Assembly: GCF_004010195.1 (NCBI RefSeq)
Contig: NC_057728.1
Coordinates: forward strand, 54,852,588-54,914,587
Source of the DNA: Chiloscyllium plagiosum
Lineage: Eukaryota
DNA: 62,000 nucleotides
Reading direction: 5' to 3'
Part shown: positions 11,095-22,589 of the stretch, piece after piece
Layout of the letters: every line of letters starts with the position of its first letter
How positions within the stretch are numbered: position 1 is the first letter of the stretch
Position numbers and translations under genes: made by a program
Notes under the pieces: model-generated
Told to the model about the DNA's origin: nothing
Database searches by the model: none
The model's input: only the letters and a program-made list of their open reading frames with translations

Positions 11095-12690
11095 TCAAAA
11101 GATGTGTTGCTGGAAAAGCACAGCCGGGCAGGCAGCATCCAAGGAGCAGGAGAGTCTACGTTTCGAGCATGAGCTCTTCATCAGGAATGAGGGGGCAGCC
11201 CAAGGGAGCTGATAGACAAATGGAGGTGGGGTGGGAATGTGGGGCTGGGGTAAGGTAGCTGGGAATGTGATAAGTGATGGTGGTAGGTCAGAGCAAAGGG
11301 TGGAGAGGATGAGTGGGAAGGTAGATGGACAGGTAGGACAGTTCAAGACGGTGGTGCCGAGTTGGAAGTTTAGATCTGGGATAAGATGGGGGGAGGGGAA
11401 GTTAGAGGACTGGTGAAAACGACGTATATACTGTACAGTTATTGGGTCATAAGACAGAAAATGAGGTGTTCTTCCTCAAGGCATTGGGTAACTAGAGTTT
11501 GGTGGTGGAGAAAGCCCAGGACTTGCATGTCCTTGGCGAAGTGGGAGGGGGAGTTGAAGTGTTAGGGCACAGGGCAGTGGGGTTGTTTAGTGCGTGTATC
11601 CCAGAGATGTTCTCTGAAACGTTCTGCAAGTTGGTGACCTGTCTCTCCAATGTAGAGGAGACCACATCGAGAGTAATGGACACAGTAAATGACGTGTGGA
11701 AGTGCAGGTAAATCTCTGTCAGATGTGGAAGGATCCTTTGGGGCCCTGGACGGAGGTGAGGGAGGATGTGTGGGTGCAGGTTTTGCACTTCTGCAGTGGC
11801 AGAGGAAAGTGCTGGTAGTGGAGTGTGGATTGGTGGGGGGATGGACCTAACAAGGAAGTCGTGGAGGGAATGGTCTCTGCGGAATGCAGATAGGGGTGAG
11901 GAGGGAATATATATCCCTGGTGCTAGGATCTGTTTGTAGGTGGCAGAAATGGCGGAGGATGATGCGTTGTATCCAGAGGTTGATGGGGTGGAAGGTGAGT
12001 ACCAGGAGGGTTCTGTCCTGTTGCAATTGGAGGACTGGGGTCCAAGGGGAGAGGTGCGGGAAGTTGAGGAGATGCGTTGAAGGGCATCGTTGACCACCTG
12101 GGAGGGGAAATTGCGGCCCTTGAAAAAGGAGTCCATCTGGGATATTCTATGGTGGAATTGGTCCTCGTAGGAGCAGATGTGGCGGAGGTGGAGGAATTGG
12201 GAGTAAAGGATAACATTTTTACAGGAGGTAGGGTGGAGGAGGTGTCGTCTAAGTAGCTGTGGGAGTCAGTGGATTTTAAGGAGATACCCATGTTGAGGCG
12301 GTCACTGGAAATGGAGATGGAGAGGTCCAGGAAGGGGAGGGAGGTGTCCAAGATGATTCACATAAACTTGAGGTCAGGGTGGAAGGTATTAGTGAAGTTG
12401 GTAAACTGTTCAACCTCCTCATGGGAGCATGAGGTGGTGCCGATACAGTCATCGATGTAGCGGAGGAAAAGGTGGATAATGGTGCAGGTGTAGTTGCGGG
12501 AAGATGGACTGTTCCACATACCTGACAAAGAGGCAGGCGGAACTAGGGCTCATGCAAATGCCCTTTGGTCTGGAGGAAGTGGGAGGATTCGAAGGGCAAA
12601 CTGTTGAAGATGAGGACCAGTTGAGCCATTTGAATAAGTGTATCAGCGGAACTCTACTGGTTGGGTCAGCAGGAAATCCGAAGAAGTGGG
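11095..12690 (-). mobile_element. Penelope-like element, 5'-truncated and frameshifted (RT C-terminus, GIY-YIG region, pseudo-LTR)
   Basis: LPFLDLSISI...STDSHSYLD motif (ORF 11923..12351); LYIGET...ERFREH in an alternative frame near 11610-11670; terminal repeat with hammerhead core at ~11152-11188. Confidence 0.8.
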
Positions 12691-14994
12691 CACTAGAAAA
12701 TTGACCAAATGCTTGTTAAAATATGTAGATTTTAAGGTTTTTTTATTTGTTGTTTTCCTTGGAATATTTGGTTGTAACTGTTAATACTTTTTTTTCAATT
12801 ATTACATACCTTAGTGTGAAGTGTGGTCAATTACATTGTTAAGATTTGTTAATATCATTGTTAAGAGAAATAGATGGTATATATTAACTGTCTTTGAGCA
12901 CTATAAATACAGCTAGAGAGTGGTAAATTATTTTTAGTCAACTTATTCCAACATTATGGCACATCTCCAGAGTAGGCGGAGTTTGAACCTTCTGGACCAG
13001 AGGGAAGGACACTACCACTGTACCCCAAGAGTTCTCTTTGAGTGGGATAGTTGAGTTGTCAGATTGAACAAGTCAATAATACTCTTCACAAAGAAATGTT
13101 ATGTATCTGGTTTCTATCCCACCAGTCAGCTTGGATTCTATTAATTCTATTAACAGTGCACACATAATACATGAGTCTGTGTTTGCCATCTCATTGAATT
13201 TAATTAAATATGGCTCCTATTGGATGTAATGATGTATTTGCACAATCAATTGTTGGTCATTTTATAAGATAATGAGTCAGTATGTCTGGTGAAATTAACA
13301 TCTCTTTTATGTTTTCAGAAGAAATTTGTTGATTTTTCCCCACCACCATGTTTGCTTTTATCTAAATAATTGCCACAGTGGTTCATTTAAATGTGTCAAA
13401 TTAAATTTTTAAAATCCTATTTGATTCACTCCCTCATAACACACTGAAGCTTTGTGATGGCAGGAATTATTTGATTGCTTTGGTTTTTTTGAGGATCAGC
13501 TGTGATACCTGATTCATAAATGGTGTGTCCTAGAAATGTGATAGTTGGTTGCTAGAGCTTATATTTGTTACTGAAACCTTGCTTCCTCAAGCATTGCAAC
13601 ATGGCTGCCACACTGTCACCATCCTGGGTTTTCTTCACAGATGCAATAAAATGTTGCTGGATTTGCTTTTAGCCTATTACTATTACTTTTAGTAGGGCTA
13701 AAGAACTAGAAAATACCACAACCTGAGTGCATCATTTAGGCTGTAAAGCGACTGATTTAACCTCAATTTCCTTTCTGTATCTCCAGTTTCTTGTGGAGGA
13801 TTTAAAAGTACTTCTCAATAAAACTTACGAAAATGGTGCTTTTGACATCAATGGATACACAGCCGTGAGTGTGTCGCCAATAAAGTATTAGGAAAGTCTT
13901 CAAAGTCACTTTTCTGACTGTTTGGAGAGTTTTCTCTCATTCGCTGATCACCCAGTTGTTCCTGAAATTCCTGAACTACAACTCTCACCTTAACTTTAAA
14001 CTCACTGTTAGGAAGTATTTCTCTTACATATCCACCAATGGGACAATGCGAGTTGTCTTTTATCTGGCCCCTCCATGTATACCCACATTCTCTCCACCTA
14101 TCACACTCTTTCTGTTCTCCTTTCTCCACCAATTTCCCATCCGGCGTATCAGCAGCCATAAGGGCTATCACAAGGAGTTCTACTTCTTCTACATTCTTTG
14201 CCTGTCCTTTGGTCCTTGCTTTTGTTAAACTACGCCCCCTACTGGGTCTCATAGCCCTATTTGGACCACTATGATTCCAGCTATTTCCCCTGCCATCAGA
14301 TGTCCTTTCAGAAGTTTTTGATCTTTTTCTTGAGCTAAGTTCAGCATACCGAGCTTAAACTACATATTCTGGCTTTTACTTCCTGTTTCCAATCCACACA
14401 CTTGATATTCTGCCCTTTTTCTTGCACATTCAGGCAGTTTTTGTAATCCCTGTAGCCATTCCTGCCCTTCCCATTGTCGTGTCCTTCCACACACTAGGTC
14501 CTTTCACACACTAGGTCCTTTCACATATATTGCCAACCAAGTGCTGCTCAATCTGGTGGTGAATCTTTGGAGTAAGTGGCCTTATCCTAAACTTCACTAT
14601 TAATTTGTCCACTCCTAGTTAGCCCATTATTTGTCAACATCTGTTGTTCATAAAGATCCAGCATATGTGTATGAAATGCATAATGTGTCTTCATTTTCCA
14701 TCAGTCTACCTGGCTCTGTCAATATGTAATCTTTGCCAGTAAGCTGCAATGAATGTACTTTAATAATTTGAATACAATTGACTAATATTTCCCATATGTT
14801 GGCTTGGTTTCATAGAAGGTTTCCCTCTGTGAGCCCTGGCAACTTTTCTCAAACAATTCTATGCTACCCATCTCATTAATTATGCACCTGTAGTGACTGT
14901 AACGAGGTCAGCCAGGTGGACCTCATACAATATGAGTTCCATAATTAGGGGTCCAATCAGGGAGCCCTGGCTGACAGATATAAACAGGAGTGTC

Positions 14995-16237
14995 TCACTG
15001 TTTTGATCACACCGCACTGCCCTTAAAAAAAAAAGAAAAAAAAAATGAAAAAAAAAAGATAAAAAAAGAAAAAAAATAAACAGGAGTGTCGACTGCCTGC
15101 CCCTCTTTCGCGGTTACGTTAGGGCCCGGGTGTCCTTGGAGAAGGAGCACACGGTGTCCACCAACACCCTGGAGTTGTTCAGGGAGAGGTGGGCGCTGCA
15201 GAGAGTGGAGTGCATTATTTCTCCCTCCAACTCTATTTTGATTTAGTCCCTACCCTTCCCTTCACTGTTTTTGATCACACAGCACTGCCCTTTGATTTGA
15301 AGGGCAGTGTTTGTCACTGGCCACCCGGGTGTTTTCCTATCTTCCTGGTGGTGGAATTTGAATAAAGATTCGTGTACTTTGTGTCTTTCACTGTGTCTCA
15401 CACCTGCACACACACACCATGGGTGCTGGAGATAAAATAAGCACTACCGCANNNNNNNNNNNNNNNNNNNCAGGGAGAGGTGGGCGCCGCAGTGAGTGGA
15501 GTGCATTATTTCCCCCTCCAACTCTATTTTGATTTAGTCCCTACCCTCCCCTTCACTGTTTTGATCACACAGCACTGCTCTTTGATGTGAAGGGCAGTGT
15601 TTGTCACTGGCCACCCGGGTGTTTTCCTATCTTCCTGGTGGTGGAATTTGAATAAAGATTCGTGCACTTTGTGTCTTTCACTGTGTCTCACACCTGCACA
15701 CACACACACTATGGGTGCTGGGGAAAAAATAAGCACTACCGCACTTAGGTGGTAGTGTGGGGGTGAAATTTAAAAAAAAAGAAAAAAAACAAAGAGGAAA
15801 AAAAAATAAACAGGAGTGTTGAGGTGGGCGCCGCGGGGAGTGGAGTGCATCATTTCTCCCTCCAACTCTATTAAAAAAAGATAAACAGGAGTGTCGACTG
15901 CCTGCCCCTCTTCCGCGGTTACGTTAGGGCCCGGGTGTCCTTGGAGAAGGAGCACGCAGTGTCCACCAACACCCTGGAGTTGTTCAGGGAGAGGTGGGCG
16001 CCGCAGAGAGTGGAGTGCATTATTTCTCCCTCCAACTCTATTTTGATTTAGTCCCTACCCTCCCCTTCACTGTTTTGATCACACAGCACTGCCCTTTGAT
16101 GTGAAGGGCAGTGTTTGTCACTAGCCACTCGGGTGTTTTCTTATCTTCCTGGTGGTGGAATTTGAATAAAGATTCGTGCACTTTGTGTCTTTCACTGTGT
16201 CTCACACCTGCACACACACACCATGGGATAAAAAAAA
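14995..16237 (+). mobile_element. Tandem array of Tx1-clade LINE fragments, each ending in an A-rich tail
   Basis: DCLPLFRGYVRARVSLEKEHAVSTNTLELFRERWAPQRVECIISPSNSILI* plus 3'UTR; units bounded by ATAAACAGGAGTGTY. Confidence 0.85.
15452..15470. other. Assembly gap
   Basis: Run of N. Confidence 1.
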
Positions 16238-16434
16238 ATAAACAGGAGTGTCAGAGGTTCTGCTCACTCTGAAAGCTGCCTCTGAGGGAGCTGGATCAGT
16301 GTCAAGGACTCTCTACCTGTAAATAAAGTGTGACTGGGTAACAGGATACCAGCCTCTGTGGAGTTATTTCAGCCACAATGGTGCCCCTCTTGTGTGGTCA
16401 GCAGAAGCTGGGTCTTTCAACATTCACACTACAT

Positions 16435-17148
16435 TTAGATAGATAGAAAGGTACAGGGCAGAACAGGCCTTTTGGCCCACGATGTTGTGCTGAGACTTAA
16501 TTCTAATGTAAAATATAGTAACTTAACCTACGTACCCCTGAACTCACTGCTATCCATGTGCATGTCCAGCAGTCGCTTAAATGTCCCCAATGACTTCGCT
16601 TCCACCACCACAGCTGGCAACGCATTCCATGCATTCACAACTCTCTGCATAAAGAACCTACCTCTGATGTCTCCTTTATACCTTCCACCTAATATCTTCA
16701 AACTATGACTTCTTGTACCAGTCAATCCTGTCCTGGGGAAAAGTCTCTGGCTATTGACTCTATCTATTCCTCTCATTATTTTGTACACCTCGATCAGGTC
16801 TCCTCTCTTCCTCCTACTCTCCAGAAAGAAAAGTCTGAGCTTATTCAACAGTTCTTCATAAGGCAAGCCCTCCAGTCCAGGCAGCATCCTGGTAAACCTT
16901 CTTTGCACCCTCTCCAAAGCCTCTGTATCTTTCCTATAGTAGGGCAACCAGAACTGGACACAATATTCCAAGTGTGGTCTCACCAGGGACTTGTAGAGCT
17001 GCAACAAAACCTTGCGGCTCTTAAACTCGATACCCCTGTTAATCAAAGCCAAAATACCATATGCTTTATTAACAACCCTATCCATTTGGGTGGCAACTTT
17101 GAGGGATCTATGTACTTGCACACCCAGATCCCTCTGTTCCTCCACATT
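16435..17148 (-). mobile_element. CR1 (HER1-like) LINE 3' fragment
   Basis: ORF 16528..17145 with LYKSLVRPHLEYCVQFW...RVVNAWNALP; microsatellite tail. Confidence 0.9.
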
Positions 17149-17229
17149 TGTGATGTTGGGTTGTGCACCAATTCAAACACTGCAAGCCAGGAATTGTCCT
17201 TTTTGTGATTCGATACAAGTCCAAACAAC

Positions 17230-17930
17230 ATGGCTGAGAAAGCCTAATTGGCATCATACTTCATCCAGGGCACCTGGAGGTCCTGGTGAACAGAATGGTG
17301 GAAAGGAGACCATCTTCTTTCCCCAGGTACACCAGATGAAGCCACAACATCAGGAACAGACAATCTGACCTGAAGCAAGCACCTAAGTCATAGTGGTGTC
17401 CATGTTCTGGAGGAAGACGTAGTAATAGCACAAAAGGTTTAATGACCTTCTGCATTTGGCTAGAGTAAATGCCACCATCTTCTCTCTGCTATTTCACACT
17501 AACTTTATCTCTAGTACTGCATTCACCTGCCACCAAAGCACATGGTTTATCACTCTCATTGTTGCATGCAGCATGTTCCCCCCTCAATGGCTGTTGTGCA
17601 GTTGATTTTCCCCCAAACTACTAAAGCTTTCTGCCCTTTGTGTTTCCTATTCACTCGCACAGAACCTCACCAACTTTCCTGCAACTGTAGGACCACAAAT
17701 AGCTCTTCCACCAGCTTTATCTCATTCAAAACCTTCTTTTGTCTCATTGCAGGAAAAAATGGCCCACAATAAAGCTGTAAGGGCCAAGACCGATGGCACT
17801 TGGCTGACATTGATTGATCTGTTGAGAAGATATAAGGAGAAAATGCTTAAAGTGACTGGAGTAGGCTGTGAGCCATTGTGTGGAGATGCTGAGCCCTCCA
17901 TAACATCCCGGCAACCGGGAAAGCTTCACA
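17230..17930 (+). mobile_element. Decayed PIF/Harbinger-type Myb/SANT-like gene remnant
   Basis: KRFNDLLHLAR followed by gtaaat (~17464); cattgcag acceptor (~17752) followed by EKMAHNKAVRAKTDG...YKEKMLKVTG. Confidence 0.45.
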
Positions 17931-17931
17931 A

Positions 17932-18505
17932 GACCATAAGATATAGGAACAGAATTTGGCCATTTGGCCCATTCAGTTTGCTCTGCCATTCAATCATCGC
18001 TGATATGTTTCTCAACCTCATTGTCCTGCCTTCTCCCAGTAACCCTTGATCCCCTCACTAATTGAAAACCTATCTATCTCTGTCTTAAAGACACTCAGTG
18101 ACTTGGCCTCCACAGCCTTCTGTGGCAATGAGTACCCCAGGTTCACCATCCACTGGCTGAAGAACTTCCTCCTCATCTCATTCAAAAGGGTTGTCCCATC
18201 CCTCTGGGGCTGTGCCCTCAGGTCCTAGTCTCTCTTAATATCAAAAACATTTTCTCCACATCCATGCTATCTATTCTGTAAGTTGCAATCAGATTGCCTC
18301 TCATCCTTCTAAACCTCAGCAAATACAGACCCAGAGTCCTCATATCCTCCTCTTACGACAAGCCCTTTATCCCTCGATCATTTTTGTGAACTCCTGTGGA
18401 CCCCTTCCAACACTAACACATCCTTCCTTAGATAACAGGCTCAAAACTGCTTTCAATATTCAAATGCAGTCTGACCACAGGCTATACAGCCTCAGAAGTA
18501 CATAC
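17932..18505 (-). mobile_element. Older CR1 LINE 3' fragment
   Basis: CR1-type 3'UTR (ACCATAAGATATAGG...GGCCATT.GGCCC) and RNFF...W remnant. Confidence 0.7.
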
Positions 18506-18509
18506 CTCT

Positions 18510-19070
18510 AAGCCACTCACCATCCTGACTTGAAAATATATCACCTGTCCTTTACTGTCACTGGGTCAAAATCTTAGAAATCCCCCCAACGGCATTTTGA
18601 GTCAACCACAGCAGATGAACTGCAATGGTTCAAGAAAGCGGCACGGTGGCACAGTGGTTAGCACTGCTGCCTCACAGCGCCAGAGACCCGGGTTCAATTC
18701 CCGCCTCAGGCGACTGACTGTGTGGAGTTTGCACGTTCTCCCCGTGTCTGCGTGGGTTTCCTCCGGGTGCTCCGGTTTCCTCCCACATCACAAAGATGTG
18801 TAGGGTCAGGTGAATTGGCCATGCTAAATTGCCCGTAGTGTTAGGTAAGGGGTAAATGTAGGGGTAAGGGTGGGTTTCGCTTCGGCGGGTCGGTGTGGAC
18901 TTGTTGGGCCGAAGGGCCTGTTTCCACACTGTAATCTAATCTAATCTAATCTAATCTAATCTAATCTAAAAAAAAGCAGCTCACCACCACCTTCTCAAGG
19001 ACAACTAGAAATAGGCAATAGTTGCTTGCAGCCAGTAAGGACCACATCCCATGAATGAATGAAAAATAAA
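18510..19070 (+). mobile_element. CR1/L2-group LINE 3' end interrupted by HE1
   Basis: GTTCAAGAAAGC|HE1|AGCAGCTCACCACCACCTTCTCAAGG...CACATCCCATGAATGAAT; same tail as 37600-38815. Confidence 0.6.
18638..18968 (+). mobile_element. HE1-type V-SINE, young, long (TAATC)n tail
   Basis: Nearly identical to the copies at 2227 and 60064. Confidence 0.9.
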
Positions 19071-19679
19071 TCTCAGCAAAATACAAGAATAAGAGAAAAA
19101 TGAAGAATCAAAAATGCAGTTTAAGATTAGATGTTGGAGAACTGAGGAATCTCCAAATTGAAATGGATGGATAACAGCAGTCAATTATCTAATTTTTCTA
19201 TGAAGAAAGGAATAAATACTAAGAAAATATTGGAAATAAAGATATTTGGAAATCAAACAGCATAAAATGGAGGAATGTGTTGTAATTCTTCACAATGTAT
19301 TGACATTTTATATCTTTTGTGTTACTTGTTTTTAGCATTATTGTTTATATATATATATTTTAAAAGGACAATATGTTACCATTCAGGTCTGTCAGGAGGC
19401 CTGAGATGAAGTGGAACTAGGTTGTTTGTTAATTAAAGGATAACTGGGTGACAATTTGATTGGTTGTAAATGGGGAACAAATAATCAGTGTTGTTGTAGT
19501 TTTGTAGAATGAGTAGACATAAAATGCTGACCAGAAAAATATATGTCTGGACTGTGAACAATCTTTTAACCTCTAGTGCTTAACAAGAGGCTGTATCAGT
19601 ATCTCTAGCTTCGGGAAGGATACTGAAATGTTCGGCAATCAACTAACTAACATCCGCACTACTTATCTTATGACAGTGG

Positions 19680-20150
19680 GACCTGTGTAGAACCAAGGAC
19701 ATATCCTGTGGAATTCCTGTAGTAGCGTTCTCATTTTGAGATGCTTGGCCTCCACCAACCACAAACATCTTTCTTTTTAACTAGATATGACTCCAGCCAG
19801 TGGACTGTTCTTCTCCAAGCCCCATTGACGTCCATTTTGCCAGGGTTTCTCAATGCCATATTTGCGGTCAAATGCTGCTTGATGTTAAAGGTAGTCACTT
19901 TCACTTCACCTTCTCAATTCAGTGCTTTTGTGTTTAGATTTGGAAAGTGTTCTGGAATTGAATGGTCTTGACAGAATGAATAGGTTGTTATTGTATAAAT
20001 GCCACTTGATAGTACTGTTAATTGCACCTTTCATCACTTTGCTGATGATCATGAGCTTCTTGTGGATAGGACATGCCTGGGTAATTTCCACATTGTTAGG
20101 TAAATGCCAGTGTTGTCGGTGAACTGAAATAGCCAGGTTAGGGGCTTCGA
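19680..20150 (-). mobile_element. Decayed CR1/L2-group RT fragments
   Basis: Colinear with parts of 38580-38815 (TATGACTCCA.CCAG...TTGATGT.AA). Confidence 0.5.
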
Positions 20151-20399
20151 AACATACGATTGGGAGTAGGACATTTCTGTGTTTTCTATCGACCTATATC
20201 TGACAGTCAGGTAAATTGGTGAACTTTGCATACTTTAGATAATCTTTACCTTTTGTGACAACTCCAGGAATAGCAGGGCTGAATTTCAAAGGTGCTGCTT
20301 CATTAAGTCGGAACAGTAGTTTCACGATTGCTATTAGTAAGACCAGCTTTTAATTCCAGATTTGTTAATTCACTGAATTTAAATTGAATATTACTGAAA

Positions 20400-20990
20400 A
20401 AAGAGACATGCTGTTGAAGCTTTTCATTTCATGCTCATCAGGACAGAATCACAAAAATAACAAATTTTGAAGGGAACAAGAATGTATATTGAATGAGTAG
20501 AGAATGCTGATGCATTGGTAAGTTGACTCTGATTACTTACGTTTTACTTACATTGTAGAAACAGGCCCTTCGGTCCAACAAGTCCACACCGACCTGCCGA
20601 AGCGCACCTGCACCAGGATACAGTTACTCAGTAAGCTTTTGTTTAAATTCAAAAGCAGCAACTCAACATGGAATTGTCATTGCATTGCCATGGGAAATGT
20701 ACAAGAGAATGGCTGTCCACCTAAAGTTTGTTCAGTAAACAAGGTGCAGTGTTTGCTATTTGGCTTCTAACACATATAAGTGAACAATACCGTGAGCCTA
20801 ACTGGTAGTGTCAGATTGGTTGTTAGTATAACTCTTGGCACAATCAGGATTGTTTGTCAAGAGGCTAATCATGTTTAATGTTGGAGACTGACTTCTAGAT
20901 TTTGCAAGCACGAGCAGGTCGGATATAATAAAGTCTCTGCCTGTTGCAAATAGCTGAAGGAACAGGTTGTAGTGATCAAAGTTGAACCTG
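20400..20990 (-). mobile_element. Decayed Penelope-like remnant with hammerhead-like motif; HE1 tail fragment inside (~20545-20605)
   Basis: Minus strand TGTC-CTGATGA-GC...GAA-AAGCTT-C-AACA at 20412-20445. Confidence 0.4.
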
Positions 20991-21534
20991 TGTTCTCAAA
21001 GTAGTCAGGGCTTTTAGATTACTTGTTCAGCACTATTATCAATATGTTATTATTATTCTTAAAGGAGGAAAGCAAGCTGGAGAGGTTTCATGGAGATATT
21101 CTAGAGCTCACAGCCGAGATAGTTAGAAGCATAGATACCCATGGGAGGGCCAGGGAAATTGGGATGCACAAGAGTGCACAATTGAAGGAACACTTAATTC
21201 TCAGAGAGCTGTACAACTGGCAATTAAAGAGTTTGCTGGGGATTTGACAGGGAGGGAGGAGGCTGGCATAGCAACAGAATGATTTGGAAACATGGATAAA
21301 TCAAGGTCAAAGGTCAGTGAACATATAGGGTGAAGTATTAATGGCACTGAGTCTGTCTTAAGATACAGACTTCAGAGTTTTGTATGACCCAAGGTTTATG
21401 CATATTGGAACCACTGGAGTGGTTGTGTTGGAGGGTCAAAGGTAAGCATTGAGAATTTCAGTGTTGGATGGGTTAAAGTAGAGGCAGAGACAGAAATCAC
21501 TGCAGGAATGGGAGATTTTGCCAATCAAGAGAAA

Positions 21535-22198
21535 AGTAGAGTCGTAGGTAGATAGGATAGTGAAGAAGGTGTTTGCTATGCTCACCTTTATTGGTCAGAG
21601 TATTGAGTACAGGAGTTGGGAGGTCATGTTGTGGCTGTACAGGACATTGGTTAGGCTACTTTTGGAATATTGTGGGCAATTCTGGTCTCCTTCCTATCAA
21701 AAAGATGTTGTGAAACTTGAAAGGGTTCAGAAAAGATTTACAAGGATGTTGCCAGGGTTGGAGGATTTGAGCTGTGGGGGGGATGGAATAGGCTAGAGCT
21801 GTTCTCCCTGGAGTGTTGGAGGCTGAGCAGTGACCTGTCAGAAGTTTATAAAATCATGAGGGGCATGGATAGGGTAAACAGACCTCCCTGGGGTGGGGGA
21901 GACCAAAACTAGAGGGCATAGGTTCAGGGTAAGAAAGGAAAGATATAAAAGGGACTTAAGGGGCAACTTGTTCATGCAGAGAGTGGTGCATGTATGGAAT
22001 AGGCTGCCAGAGGAAGTGGCAGAGGCTGGTACAATTGCAATATTTAAAAGGGGTCTGGATGGGTATATGAATAGGAAGGATTTACAGGGATATGGGCCAG
22101 GTGCTGGCAAATGGGACTAGGTTGGGTTAGGATATCTGGTTGGCATGGATGAGTTAGACCGAAGAGTCTGTTTCCGTGCTGTATGTCTCTATGACTCT
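21535..22198 (+). mobile_element. CR1 (HER1-like) LINE 3' fragment
   Basis: ORFs 21560..21796 and 21893..22120; tail TCTATGACTCTA. Confidence 0.9.
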
Positions 22199-22589
22199 AA
22201 GAAGATTGGAAGTTAAAGTTAAAGGTCAAATAGGACGCCAAAATGGTGACCAGTCAGGTTCACACCAGAAAAGTCTTGTTCAATCTGCAACAGCATCTGG
22301 GGAGTAGGATGTATTTTAGTCAATGTTGAAGATCATGTAATTTCATTTCCAACAATCACAAACAGTGATAAAATAAAGATTAGAACAGGTTTGTGGCAGG
22401 GGCTGAAGACATTGGCTTCAGACTTTCCAATGTCTAATTGCAAAACTTAACAAACTAGAGGTGGGAGGTTTTATAATCTTGCTTGTGAGAAAGGGAAGTA
22501 AATATTGCTCTCTGCTAAGAAAAATGTTTCCCAAACTAAGTATTGGAAAAAAATCCACAAAGGGGAATTGGCATCATTAACCCTATGTT

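Larger units (their letters stand above)
14980..16252 (+). repeat. 15-bp direct repeat ATAAACAGGAGTGTY, 5 visible copies
   Basis: Copies at 14980-14994, 15076-15090, 15806-15820, 15881-15895 and 16238-16252. Confidence 0.95.
14898..16370 (+). mobile_element. Short LTR (~215 bp without inserts; Gypsy-like by size and ends) interrupted at its TATA box
   Basis: TGTAAC...ATTTCA ends; CCAAT at 14953; TATAAA at 14979; AATAAA at ~16322. No clear flanking TSD. Confidence 0.75.

Noticed and set aside
14489..14524. Tandem duplication ACACACTAGGTCCTTTC x2
   Set aside because: Ordinary local slippage with no further structure.
13600..14880. ORF 13848..14252 and flank as a gene or gag/pol
   Set aside because: Only a vague broken zinc-knuckle-like stretch near 14400; no splice structure or firm motif.
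14980..16252. True CRISPR array
   Set aside because: Vertebrate context, no cas genes, non-palindromic 15-bp repeats, and very unequal spacers that are all A-tailed Tx1 sequence. Serial target-site duplication explains it.
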